A DNA stretch of 64,000 nucleotides from positions 3,856 through 67,855 of the forward strand of contig CAXXIA010000003.1 of assembly GCA_963666985.2 (NCBI GenBank), given 5' to 3'. This DNA comes from Spirochaetia bacterium (lineage in GTDB: Bacteria; Spirochaetota; Spirochaetia; DSM-2461). Below the pieces are notes generated by a model. It was not told where the DNA came from and did no database searches. It was given only the letters and a program-made list of their open reading frames with translations. Positions 27,622 to 36,367 of this stretch are shown piece after piece. Positions within the stretch are counted from its first letter, which is position 1. Every line of letters starts with the position of its first letter. Both the position numbers and the translations under genes were made by a program.

Positions 27622-28824
27622 TTACCGGATGATTTTATTCAATGTCTCATCGCTGAGCGGCGTGAATACGAAGACTCCCTGGGGGGCGTCATAACGAACG
27701 TATTTCTCGAATTCATCACTGGAGAATCCCGGAGTGGGATAGAAGTACATCCTGGGCACCGGATAGCCTTGAAGAAGCATTTCCATCAGTTTCACCGCGA
27801 TGGCGCTGTTGATGGACGGATGGGCCGAAGCATACGCGGTGATGTCATATTCAAGACATTTCTGCAGGAAACCGTTCTGATCCTCGGATGCATGGAGATA
27901 ATCACCGGGGTTCAAACCGAGCTCAACCATGGCGTCGATGATGGCCAAGGACATCTGACCGCCCACGGAATAAACGGCATCGAATTCCGGATGAGCCGTA
28001 TACATATCCATGAACTTCGACTTGGCCTTGTCGGCCGACCAATCGCAATACTCGATGGCGGTGATTTCGATATCCGGATACTTATTGAAAACATCCAGTC
28101 CGCCGCCGCTTCGTCCCTCGTCGATGGGATATCCCTTAAGGCCCCTGAAGAAGAACACTTTGCCTTTGTAATTCATCTGCTCCGCGAGCCATTCGGCCGA
28201 AAGGGTTCCGAAGGAATAAGGATCGTTGCCCATGAAACAGTTATATTTCGTGGTGTCGGCGCTGTCGTTGAAAAGCATGATGGGACAGCCGGCGTCATAG
28301 ATTTTCTCAATTGTGTCTTTCAATGCCATGGGATCCAGAGGATCCACGATAATGCCGTCCAGTTCGCCTTTTTTCCACATGGTGAACATGCCTTCCAGGT
28401 TGGCGATTTGGGTATCGACATCGGAAGCGCTGTCCATGTGAATGTAGTCGGTAATCAGCGTTGAGCGCTTGACTTCACGTTCGAATTCGGCGATGCAGAC
28501 TTCCTGCCAGGGATTGCCCCTCCAACTGGTGATAAAACCGATTTTATAGGGGGGCTCGGCCGTGTATTCCCGGATTTTGGGACTGTTGTTCCACCAATCC
28601 AGCCAGGCTCCGCCCTTCATGGCGATACTGTAAGCCGTGTCCACGTTCAAATCATAGCGAACGGGCTTACCGCTTTTTCCTTCAACGGCCGCAACCTGTT
28701 CCTTCAGCGTTGCGTTTTCAGCCTGAAGCGCTTTAAAATCAGCCTCGCTCACCTTTGATCCGCAGCTTGTTACCGCCAAGGCAAAAAGCCCTAACGCGAT
28801 CATTGATAAAAAGAGTCTCTTCAT
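27622..28824 (-). CDS. lipoprotein sugar-binding protein (type I periplasmic binding fold) with extended N-terminal linker
   Basis: Signal/lipobox MKRLFLSMIALGLFALAVTSC. ATG at 28824 is preceded by GAGGAGAAGGAAGGA. PBP-like body (YKIGFITSWRGNPWQ...GIIVDPLDP). Confidence 0.8.
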   Translation of the reverse strand: MKRLFLSMIALGLFALAVTSCGSKVSEADFKALQAENATLKEQVAAVEGKSGKPVRYDLNVDTAYSIAMKGGAWLDWWNNSPKIREYTAEPPYKIGFITSWRGNPWQEVCIAEFEREVKRSTLITDYIHMDSASDVDTQIANLEGMFTMWKKGELDGIIVDPLDPMALKDTIEKIYDAGCPIMLFNDSADTTKYNCFMGNDPYSFGTLSAEWLAEQMNYKGKVFFFRGLKGYPIDEGRSGGGLDVFNKYPDIEITAIEYCDWSADKAKSKFMDMYTAHPEFDAVYSVGGQMSLAIIDAMVELGLNPGDYLHASEDQNGFLQKCLEYDITAYASAHPSINSAIAVKLMEMLLQGYPVPRMYFYPTPGFSSDEFEKYVRYDAPQGVFVFTPLSDETLNKIIR

Positions 28825-28883
28825 TCCTTCCTTCTCCTCGTTGTTCTCTATACAGCGATAGAACCTACCGCTTTTTTTCCGAT

Positions 28884-30470
28884 TCATTTCTCAGCCGAGA
28901 ATATTTTTTTAAGTTGGGTATTAATCGGTGATACGGCCCGATAAAGGTCGTTAAAAACGCCGTATAGGTCGTTATAAACGGCGGTGTCTTTTTCTCTGGG
29001 TTCAATGCATTCTTTAATTTTAATGAAGTCCCGCACGGCCGAATCAAAACCGTCGAAAACCCCCAGACCGACGCCGCAAACAATGGCCGCGCCGAGAGAA
29101 TTGGCTTCTTGCTGAGCATTTAACGTACAGATGGTCCTATTCATGACGCTGGCCTGGATATTTCTCCAAACCTCACTCTTCGATCCTCCGCCGATCATGT
29201 TGATCCGATCGAATCGAGTTCCCACCTGGTTTTCCATCACTTCGCACATAATGCGAATGTTCATGGAAATCCCCTCCATAACGGAGCGAAGAATATCGCC
29301 TTTGGTATGGGCCAGCGTTAAACCGGCGATAGTTCCTCTGTCGTCCAAATTGTTATGAGGAGCGCCCCCCGGACGCATATTCGGCAAAAAAACAATTCCG
29401 TTGGATCCGGCCGGAGAAGCCTCGGCTTTTTTATCGATTATGGAATAGACACTTCCCCCGGATTCCTCGGCTTCGCGAATCTCATTTTCACAGAACTGGT
29501 CCTTAACCCATTGATGGACAACACCGGCGGAAAACATCGCGAGCTGAACAACGTGAGTATCGGGAACCACATGACAAAGGGAAAACGGCCGCATCACATT
29601 ATCGAAGAAAGGCTTTTTTGAAGCGACGGCCAGCCAGGATGCCGAGCCGATGACATTGTAGGCATTGCCTTCCGCGATAACACCCGCGCCCAATGCCGCG
29701 GAAGGAACATCTCCGCCGCCGATAACAACCGGCGTTCCTTCCATCAGCCCCGTAGCAGCCGCCGCGGAAGAAGTAACGTTCCCGACGATGTCGGTGGAAC
29801 GGCAAATCCGTTCGGGGAGTTTTCCGGAATCCAGCCCGGAAGCGTTAATAATCTCATCATCCCATCGGCGCTTCTCAAGGTTCAGCAAACCCGTATTGGA
29901 TGCGTCGGAATAATCGGTTAGGAATTCTCCGGTCAGCTTACAGACGATAAAGTCCTTAACGCCGATCATTTTATAGGTGCTTTTGTAGACATCGGGCTGA
30001 TGCGCTTTAATCCACATCATCTTGGCCAGCGCATAAAGAGGTATGGCCATGCCCGCACCGGTTCTTCGGTAAAACCGCTCCCACCCGATCCGCTCTTCGA
30101 TACTTCGCCCTTCCTCGACGCTCCGGCAATCGGCCCAAATCATCACCCGATCCGAAATGGAAGAGCCGTCAGTTCCCACGGGAATCAGCGACATCATCTG
30201 ACCGCTGAACGAAACTCCGGCAATATCCCCGGAAGGGATTCCGGCCTTTTGGATAACCGTTTTTGTCGATTCACAAACGGCTTTCCACCAATCTTCGGGG
30301 TTTTGAACAACCCAATCCGAATGCGGATAATAGGTTTGATACTCAACGTACGTACTGGCCAGCAATCGACCGTCGCACCCGTACAGCGACGCTTTATTCC
30401 CCGTTGTTCCAAGGTCATGAGATAAAATGGCTTGTTTGCTCAAAACGTTTCTCCTCTCAAGTAATTTCAT
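28884..30470 (-). CDS. FGGY-family carbohydrate kinase (A)
   Basis: HDLGTTGNKAS and MIGGGSKSEVWRNIQASV motifs. Alternative start TTG at 30443, 7 nt after GAGGAG, which would remove the 14-nt overlap with the VOC gene. Confidence 0.88.
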   Translation of the reverse strand: MKLLERRNVLSKQAILSHDLGTTGNKASLYGCDGRLLASTYVEYQTYYPHSDWVVQNPEDWWKAVCESTKTVIQKAGIPSGDIAGVSFSGQMMSLIPVGTDGSSISDRVMIWADCRSVEEGRSIEERIGWERFYRRTGAGMAIPLYALAKMMWIKAHQPDVYKSTYKMIGVKDFIVCKLTGEFLTDYSDASNTGLLNLEKRRWDDEIINASGLDSGKLPERICRSTDIVGNVTSSAAAATGLMEGTPVVIGGGDVPSAALGAGVIAEGNAYNVIGSASWLAVASKKPFFDNVMRPFSLCHVVPDTHVVQLAMFSAGVVHQWVKDQFCENEIREAEESGGSVYSIIDKKAEASPAGSNGIVFLPNMRPGGAPHNNLDDRGTIAGLTLAHTKGDILRSVMEGISMNIRIMCEVMENQVGTRFDRINMIGGGSKSEVWRNIQASVMNRTICTLNAQQEANSLGAAIVCGVGLGVFDGFDSAVRDFIKIKECIEPREKDTAVYNDLYGVFNDLYRAVSPINTQLKKIFSAEK

Positions 30471-30852
30471 CCGTCAGGATTTCGAACAGTTCAATCCAAT
30501 TATCCTCAATATCCCGGAAATAGCCGATTCTCCATCCGTTCGTTGTTTGCCGTTCGCCTTCGATGAAAACGCCTTTGGATTCCAAATATTCCTTAGCTTC
30601 CGAAAAATCATCGAGGCGAAACGCAAAATGACTTAATCCCGGTTCATCCAGAGCTCTCCCGATACGTTCTTTTTTCGAGGGAAGCAATTCAATTCGAAGA
30701 TCGCCTTTTTCCAGGAAATAAATCGGCGGCCGGCCGGTTTTCAGCAGCTGATGAACCACGCGAAAACCCAAAACATCCTCATACCAGTGTTTCAGGGCTT
30801 CGACATCCGCGGCATAAATCCCCACATGGCATCCGACCGGCCGAAGCATCAT
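30457..30852 (-). CDS. VOC (glyoxalase/bleomycin-resistance/dioxygenase) family protein
   Basis: 131 aa with beta-alpha-beta-beta-beta module features (HVGIYAADVEALKHWY...LSHFAFRLDD...). ATGA overlap with the deoC stop. Confidence 0.7.
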   Translation of the reverse strand: MMLRPVGCHVGIYAADVEALKHWYEDVLGFRVVHQLLKTGRPPIYFLEKGDLRIELLPSKKERIGRALDEPGLSHFAFRLDDFSEAKEYLESKGVFIEGERQTTNGWRIGYFRDIEDNWIELFEILTDEIT

Positions 30853-31511
30853 GAATCAATCCAATCCTGATAGATGGACAATCCCGCGCTGGTTCCCAGC
30901 CGCGTCGCGCCGGCGTCCACCATGGCTTTTGCATCGGCGGCGGAACGAATACCTCCGGCTGCTTTCACGCGCGTGGAGGTTCCTTTAACGGAATCCGACA
31001 TCAATTTCACGATACGGGGAGTCGGCGGTTCGATAAATCCGGTTGATGTTTTTACAAAATCGGCGCCCGCCTGGGAATAGATTTCACAAGCCTTCACAAT
31101 CTCGTCATCCGTCAGAAGACACACTTCAAAAATGGCTTTCAGGATTTTATTCCCCGCCGCCTTCCGGCAAACATCGGCTTCTTTCTTCAGAACATCATAG
31201 TTTCCGTCCTTAAGAGCACCGACATTGATAACGAAATCACAGTCTGTTGCCCCTTTCGCGGCGGCATCCCGGATTTCAAATTCTTTCATTTCCGCCGTCC
31301 AGGCACCGTAGGGGAAAGCCAATGCCGCGGTAATGCCCACATCGGAACCTTCCAGAAAACGGCGGGCATATTCGATATAGCAAGGATGAATCGCAACCGT
31401 GGCGAAATTGTATAACCGGGACTCAAGGCAGATGTTTTCAATGCTTTCCAACGGAACTTGGATTTTCAGCTGAGTTTGGTCGATGTAACCGGCAATTTCA
31501 TTTTTGGTCAT
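30849..31511 (-). CDS. deoC: deoxyribose-phosphate aldolase
   Basis: 220 aa, IDQTQLK start region, Schiff-base lysine context GADFVKTSTGF, C-terminal RLGTSAG. Confidence 0.85.
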   Translation of the reverse strand: MTKNEIAGYIDQTQLKIQVPLESIENICLESRLYNFATVAIHPCYIEYARRFLEGSDVGITAALAFPYGAWTAEMKEFEIRDAAAKGATDCDFVINVGALKDGNYDVLKKEADVCRKAAGNKILKAIFEVCLLTDDEIVKACEIYSQAGADFVKTSTGFIEPPTPRIVKLMSDSVKGTSTRVKAAGGIRSAADAKAMVDAGATRLGTSAGLSIYQDWIDS

Positions 31512-32173
31512 TTAGCATCCTCCTCGGTCCATCCGATGATGTTTTTCCATGTACTGGAGTGAATGCGATCCACTCCGGCTTCGATGTATTCCTCGGCATC
31601 CTTCTTCGTACGGACACCGCCGGAGACCTCAATCTGCAATTCTTTTCCGATAACCCGGCGGATGAACTTAACGTGTTCTATAGCCGTCGAGCCTTGCCAG
31701 AAGCCGGAATTGGTCTTAATGATTTTTATCCCCACCTCCAAAAAGAGCCGGCAGACCTGTTCAATTTCCTCGAATGTCATTTTCGCCACCTGCGGCAAAG
31801 CGACGATATCCATCTTCCCGCCGACCGCTTTAACAATGGCTTCCAAATCCTTTTTCACCAAATCCCATTTACCGGATTTCATATAGTTGAATTTGGGGCT
31901 GACATCGATTTCACTGCATTGAAAGCTCAAAGCCCGTTCGATGAGTTTTACATTCGTTTCCGTCGTGAACCCGCCTAAGGGGTATGAAATAATTGTGCCC
32001 ACCCTTTTTTTAGGAAAAAGTTCTCGGGCTAAGGAAATGTAGAACTCATCAACAATAACCGAATAAAAATCAACATTCTTAACGTCTTTCGCGAACTCTC
32101 TGATTCCTGATTCCGTCATTTCGGTCGTCAACGGCGCAAGAATCATTCGTTTTGCCATATCTTGATCAATCAT
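31508..32173 (-). CDS. DeoC-family class I aldolase paralog (divergent)
   Basis: 221 aa, equivalent lysine context IKIIKTNSGF and IEVSGGVRT. Translationally coupled to deoC (ATGA). Confidence 0.7.
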   Translation of the reverse strand: MIDQDMAKRMILAPLTTEMTESGIREFAKDVKNVDFYSVIVDEFYISLARELFPKKRVGTIISYPLGGFTTETNVKLIERALSFQCSEIDVSPKFNYMKSGKWDLVKKDLEAIVKAVGGKMDIVALPQVAKMTFEEIEQVCRLFLEVGIKIIKTNSGFWQGSTAIEHVKFIRRVIGKELQIEVSGGVRTKKDAEEYIEAGVDRIHSSTWKNIIGWTEEDAK

Positions 32174-32184
32174 GGCTACTCCTT

Positions 32185-32210
32185 ATGATGTAATCATGTC
32201 TTTACATCAT
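32185..32210. promoter_or_regulatory. perfect 9-bp inverted repeat (ATGATGTAA-N8-TTACATCAT), candidate operator in the divergent control region
   Basis: Read directly. It lies 12-37 nt upstream of the first gene of the minus-strand operon (ATG 32173), next to its RBS AAGGAG, and 113 nt upstream of the DUF89 gene. Confidence 0.35.
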
Positions 32211-32322
32211 TCTATCATAACGATATTGTGTCGGCAAGCATTTTTTTCAGCGGATGATGTGGCAGGCCGGGATTCCCCGACTGCATAAGTCAATTAACTT
32301 TTCCTTGATAAGGAGTTACTAA

Positions 32323-33195
32323 ATGAGATCTTATCCTGAATGCATTCCCTGCATTGTCGAGCAAACCTTAAGAGCGACAAAACGCCTTACGGAGAATCAA
32401 CAGCTCCATTTAGATTGTCTCTATGACGTCTGCGCGAATTTCAGAAAAAACCGTCCTTTGGATAATCCTGCCCGTGAAAGTCAGTTTGCCTACGAAACGG
32501 TTATGAACCATACGGGCGCCGCCGATCCGTACCGTGATGAAATGCTCTGGGCCAATAAGCTTGCGAAGGAAATCCTCTCGAATCTCCCGCACGACTCCCA
32601 CTACTTCACCGATATGGAAGCGGCCCTTCGGCTTTCGGCGGCCGGCAATGCCATCGACTACGGACCGCAGCATAGTTCGGATATTGAACAAGATGTTCGG
32701 GACTCCATAGAACAGGAACCGGCCGTCAGTCACTTTTCCGATTTCGCCGAAAAGCTGAACAACGCCGAAAACTTGCTGTTTCTTGCCGATAATGCCGGAG
32801 AAATCATCTTTGACAAGGTGTTCCTTTCACTAATAAAGGATAAAGGCATTAACGTTACCATAGCGGTAAAATCCGGTCCCATTCTCAACGATGTGACACT
32901 GAAAACCGCTCGTGAAATCGGACTTGATAACGACTTTCCCGTTATCGGCACGGGTTCCAATGCCATGGGAGTGGATTTTTGGCGATGTTCCGACGAATTT
33001 TTGGAATTGTTCAAAACGTCCGACATTATTCTGGCAAAAGGACAAGCGAATTTCGAATCCCTTCATGGAACCGAAAGAGAAATTTTCAGTCTTTTACGGG
33101 TGAAATGTCCCATAATCGCCTCCCTTACGGGGGGACCTGTCGGCAGATCCGTTTTTCTTAGTTTAAAACGATTAGAACAATCGTCTCTTTTATAA
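32323..33195 (+). CDS. DUF89/ARMT1-like damage-control (sugar-)phosphatase
   Basis: N-terminal CIPCIVEQ, metal-site motifs LADNAGEIIFDK and KGQANFESL. Confidence 0.8.
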   Translation: MRSYPECIPCIVEQTLRATKRLTENQQLHLDCLYDVCANFRKNRPLDNPARESQFAYETVMNHTGAADPYRDEMLWANKLAKEILSNLPHDSHYFTDMEAALRLSAAGNAIDYGPQHSSDIEQDVRDSIEQEPAVSHFSDFAEKLNNAENLLFLADNAGEIIFDKVFLSLIKDKGINVTIAVKSGPILNDVTLKTAREIGLDNDFPVIGTGSNAMGVDFWRCSDEFLELFKTSDIILAKGQANFESLHGTEREIFSLLRVKCPIIASLTGGPVGRSVFLSLKRLEQSSLL

Positions 33196-33355
33196 TCCGG
33201 AACCGCCCGACCGATTCCGTAAAAGATGAGGAATCCGAGGGCGAAGTACGGTAATGCGAAATAAAGGAATCCGGGCGGATGAGCAAAACATGAATTTTCG
33301 AACAGCCCCTCCCGATTAAACAAAAAAGCGGATTCTCAGCAACAAAATTAAGAGG

Positions 33356-33436
33356 TGAATTCAAAGCCCTTTCAACGCGGATTCGGAGGGGTTTCGGCCA
33401 TCGGAGAGAATCAATTTCATGATTATGAAACCGCCT
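33356..33436 (+). repeat. intergenic structured repeat, copy C (plus orientation)
   Basis: aagccctttcaacgcggattcggaggggtttcggccatcgg...caatttcatgattatgaaaccgcc aligns by eye (about three quarters identical) with copies at 55681-55757 and, reverse-complemented, at 36196-36270. Confidence 0.7.
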
Positions 33437-33582
33437 CAGGCATAATTGGTTTTTTCTTTTCCATGGGACTGGAAAGTCCCCTTCCTATCTTTTCTCATAT
33501 TTCTTTAACATTCCCCAAAACAAACGCTTATTTTCTTCCTTAGGAATTCTATACTGTTAAGTAATCTCTAAGGAGGATTATT

Positions 33583-35172
33583 ATGCACAGCCGAAAACTT
33601 CGTTTTTTCGCGATTGCCGTTCTATTCACCGCCGTCGTTCCCGCTTTGATGGCGAGCGGCGCTGCGGACGGCCCGAGGAAGGGAAGCGCCGAACTGGTGG
33701 TGCTTCATACGAACGATTTCCACGGACATCCGCTGAAGTTCTATAACTATCCCGCTCCGGATCTCGGCGGACTTCCGGCCATGGCCACCATCGTGCAGGA
33801 CATCCGGGAGGAGAATGAGAATGTATTGGTTCTGGATGCCGGCGATATCAATACCGGGCGGCCGGAATCGAACTTCTATGAAACGGCTCCGGACATTATC
33901 GGTTACAACTATATCGGCTACGACGCCATGACTCTGGGAAATCATGAATTCGACAAACCCTTAAGCGTTTTAAGTCAGCAGGAACAAATGGCCTCTTTTC
34001 CCTTTCTCTCGGCCAATGTCCGTCTGCCCGACGGCTCCCTGCTTGCCGAACCGTACATCATCAAGAAAGTCGGGAATATGAGAGTGGGGATTTTCGGTCT
34101 GACAACCACCGAAACCCCCATCGTTACCTCCCCGAGCATCACCGGCGATCTTATCTTCGAAGACGAAGTCGAAACAGCCCGCCGCATGGTGGCCGAGCTC
34201 ACGCCTCAGGCCGACGTTATTATCGCTCTGGTTCACTTGGGGCTTTACGATAATGAGAATCTCGGCTCCCGCCGACTCGCAAAAAACGTAAGCGGCATCG
34301 ACTTGATTATCGACGGCCACAGCCATACCCAGATGAAAGAACCCGTTGTTGTGAACGGCACTCCCATTGTACAGGCTTGGCAGTGGGGTCTTGAAATCGG
34401 CAAAGCCGTCATGAAGGTTACGGACGGCGAGGTAACGGATTTCACCTGGGAACCCATTCCCGTCAACTTGAAAAACCGCAGCAAGGACGCCGCGGGCAAC
34501 AGCGTATACACCTACATCGACAAAGAGGTTCGGGAAGATCCCTTCCTGCTCAACGCTCTCACACCGTATGCCGATCAGGTGGAGGCCAAACTTTCCGTGG
34601 TTATCGGCAGAGCCGCGGGATTATTCAGCAACGCGAAGTCCCGTAACGAGGAAACCGCTTTGGGCAACTTCGTCGCGGACGCCATGCTTTGGGCCACCAA
34701 AGATCAGGGCGCCGATTTCGCCATTCAGAACGGCGGCGGGATTCGAACCGACATTCCGGAAGGTGAAATCAACAAGAAACTCATTTACGAAGTTCTGCCC
34801 TTCGACAACTCGGTCATGACCGTCGACATGACCGGGGAACAGGTTCTTGCGATGTTCGCGTACGTTCCGACCATCGAACGGGGAAAAGGCGCGTTCCCGC
34901 AGGTTTCCGAAGGCGTCTCCTTCACCGCGGACTTCACCACGGGCGAGGCGAAAAACATACGGATCAACGGCCGGCCGGTAGATCCGAAGGCCACCTACAA
35001 GGTCACCACGAATTCCTTCATGGCCGTCGGAGGCGACGGGTATTCCATGATGATTCCGGGATACAAGTACGATACGTCCGCGTTCCAAAGAGATGTTGTA
35101 ATCGACTACATCGAACACCTCGGAGGCGTCATCACGCCTTCGGTTGAGGGACGAATTACCGTTATCGAGTAA
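33583..35172 (+). CDS. secreted bifunctional metallophosphatase/5'-nucleotidase (UshA-like)
   Basis: Signal peptide, then HTNDFHGH, DAGDINTG, GNHEFD and a C-terminal 5'-nucleotidase domain. AAGGAGG RBS. Confidence 0.88.
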   Translation: MHSRKLRFFAIAVLFTAVVPALMASGAADGPRKGSAELVVLHTNDFHGHPLKFYNYPAPDLGGLPAMATIVQDIREENENVLVLDAGDINTGRPESNFYETAPDIIGYNYIGYDAMTLGNHEFDKPLSVLSQQEQMASFPFLSANVRLPDGSLLAEPYIIKKVGNMRVGIFGLTTTETPIVTSPSITGDLIFEDEVETARRMVAELTPQADVIIALVHLGLYDNENLGSRRLAKNVSGIDLIIDGHSHTQMKEPVVVNGTPIVQAWQWGLEIGKAVMKVTDGEVTDFTWEPIPVNLKNRSKDAAGNSVYTYIDKEVREDPFLLNALTPYADQVEAKLSVVIGRAAGLFSNAKSRNEETALGNFVADAMLWATKDQGADFAIQNGGGIRTDIPEGEINKKLIYEVLPFDNSVMTVDMTGEQVLAMFAYVPTIERGKGAFPQVSEGVSFTADFTTGEAKNIRINGRPVDPKATYKVTTNSFMAVGGDGYSMMIPGYKYDTSAFQRDVVIDYIEHLGGVITPSVEGRITVIE

Positions 35173-35468
35173 TTTTATCGGGACCGATTCCGGCGGCGGA
35201 CAGGCTTCGGCGGTCTTCCGGCCGCCGTATGAGGAGGCTTTTCACCGCCGCTTTTTCAGCGTAATCCGATCGGTATCGGTCGGCAGGCCCTCTTCGGACG
35301 GAGGGCCGCAGTCCGCCGCCGGATACCTGTACCGCCGCTCAACGGCGGCTTTCGGCGGCGGGCATAAGCAGCCGCGGCGGAGAACGGGCGGCCCGCATTC
35401 CTCACACGGCCGGCCTCGGTCTTTTCGTAAAGGCTCATCCCCGAACGGCTTCGGGGGTCACCTCTCAA

Positions 35469-36170
35469 TTAAGCGATTTCCAGCGCGATTTCCATCATCT
35501 GACGAAAGGTACTCTGGCGCTCTTCGGCGCTGCACTGTTCATGGGTTACGATGCTGTCGCTCACGGTGAGCAGGGAGAGCGCTTTGGCCTTGAACTTCGC
35601 GGCCAGCGTGTAAAGCGCGGCGGTTTCCATTTCCACGGCGATGGCCCCGTAATCAGCCCAGAGCTTCCAGGAATCGGGATTGTCGTCGTAGAAGGTGTCG
35701 GAAGTAAGAATGTTTCCCGCGACGGCTTTCACGCCCAGTCTGCCGGCCTCTTCCCAGGCCCGCCGGACCAAATCGAAATTCGCCGTGGGCGCATAATCCC
35801 GGCCGCCGAAACGCAGCTTGTTCACCGCAGAATCGGTGGAGGCGCTCATGGCGATAACAACTTCCCGGAGTCCCACCTCCTTTTGCATGGAGCCGCAGGT
35901 TCCGATGCGGATAACGGTTTTCACGCCGTAGAAGGCCAGAAGTTCATGCACGTAGATGGAAATGGACGGGATGCCCATGCCGGTTCCCTGCACGGAGACT
36001 CTCTTGCCTTTGTAGGTTCCGGTGAACCCCAGCATGCCGCGCACTTCGTTGTGGCAGACGGGATTTTCAAGAAAATTCTCCGCGATGAACTTGGCCCGTA
36101 AGGGGTCGCCGGGAAGAAGAACGGATTCTGCGATGTCGCCTTTTTCGGCGCCCAAATGCGGTGTGCTCAT
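35469..36170 (-). CDS. deoD: purine-nucleoside phosphorylase (hexameric DeoD type)
   Basis: [31 protein letters not shown]...[25 protein letters not shown]...VEMETAALY. Confidence 0.92.
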   Translation of the reverse strand: MSTPHLGAEKGDIAESVLLPGDPLRAKFIAENFLENPVCHNEVRGMLGFTGTYKGKRVSVQGTGMGIPSISIYVHELLAFYGVKTVIRIGTCGSMQKEVGLREVVIAMSASTDSAVNKLRFGGRDYAPTANFDLVRRAWEEAGRLGVKAVAGNILTSDTFYDDNPDSWKLWADYGAIAVEMETAALYTLAAKFKAKALSLLTVSDSIVTHEQCSAEERQSTFRQMMEIALEIA

Positions 36171-36195
36171 GTGTTACCTCAATCAATTGTCGTAT

Positions 36196-36333
36196 AAGGC
36201 AATTTCATAATATTATGAAATTGCTTGTATCCGATGGCCGACCCTCCTGCGGATTCGTCTTAGAAGGGCCGTCTTTCAAAAACCACAAACAGCTGAACTG
36301 TGCAACAGTTTAGCGGGCCTGTTTTTGAAAGAG
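36196..36333 (-). repeat. intergenic structured repeat, copy A (minus orientation), in the divergent deoD/M20 spacer
   Basis: Perfect 13+13 palindrome gcaatttcataat/attatgaaattgc (36199-36224), core ccgatggccgaccctcc...tagaagggc, and arms gtctttcaaaaac/gtttttgaaagag (36271-36283 / 36321-36333). Confidence 0.75.
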
Positions 36334-36367
36334 CATCGAATCTTCGACTTTATTCTATGGTATTTGA

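Noticed and set aside
33355-33543. 62-aa ORF covering repeat copy C
   Set aside because: The homologous copies A and B contain stop codons in the corresponding frame, so the conservation is at the nucleotide/structure level, not protein level.
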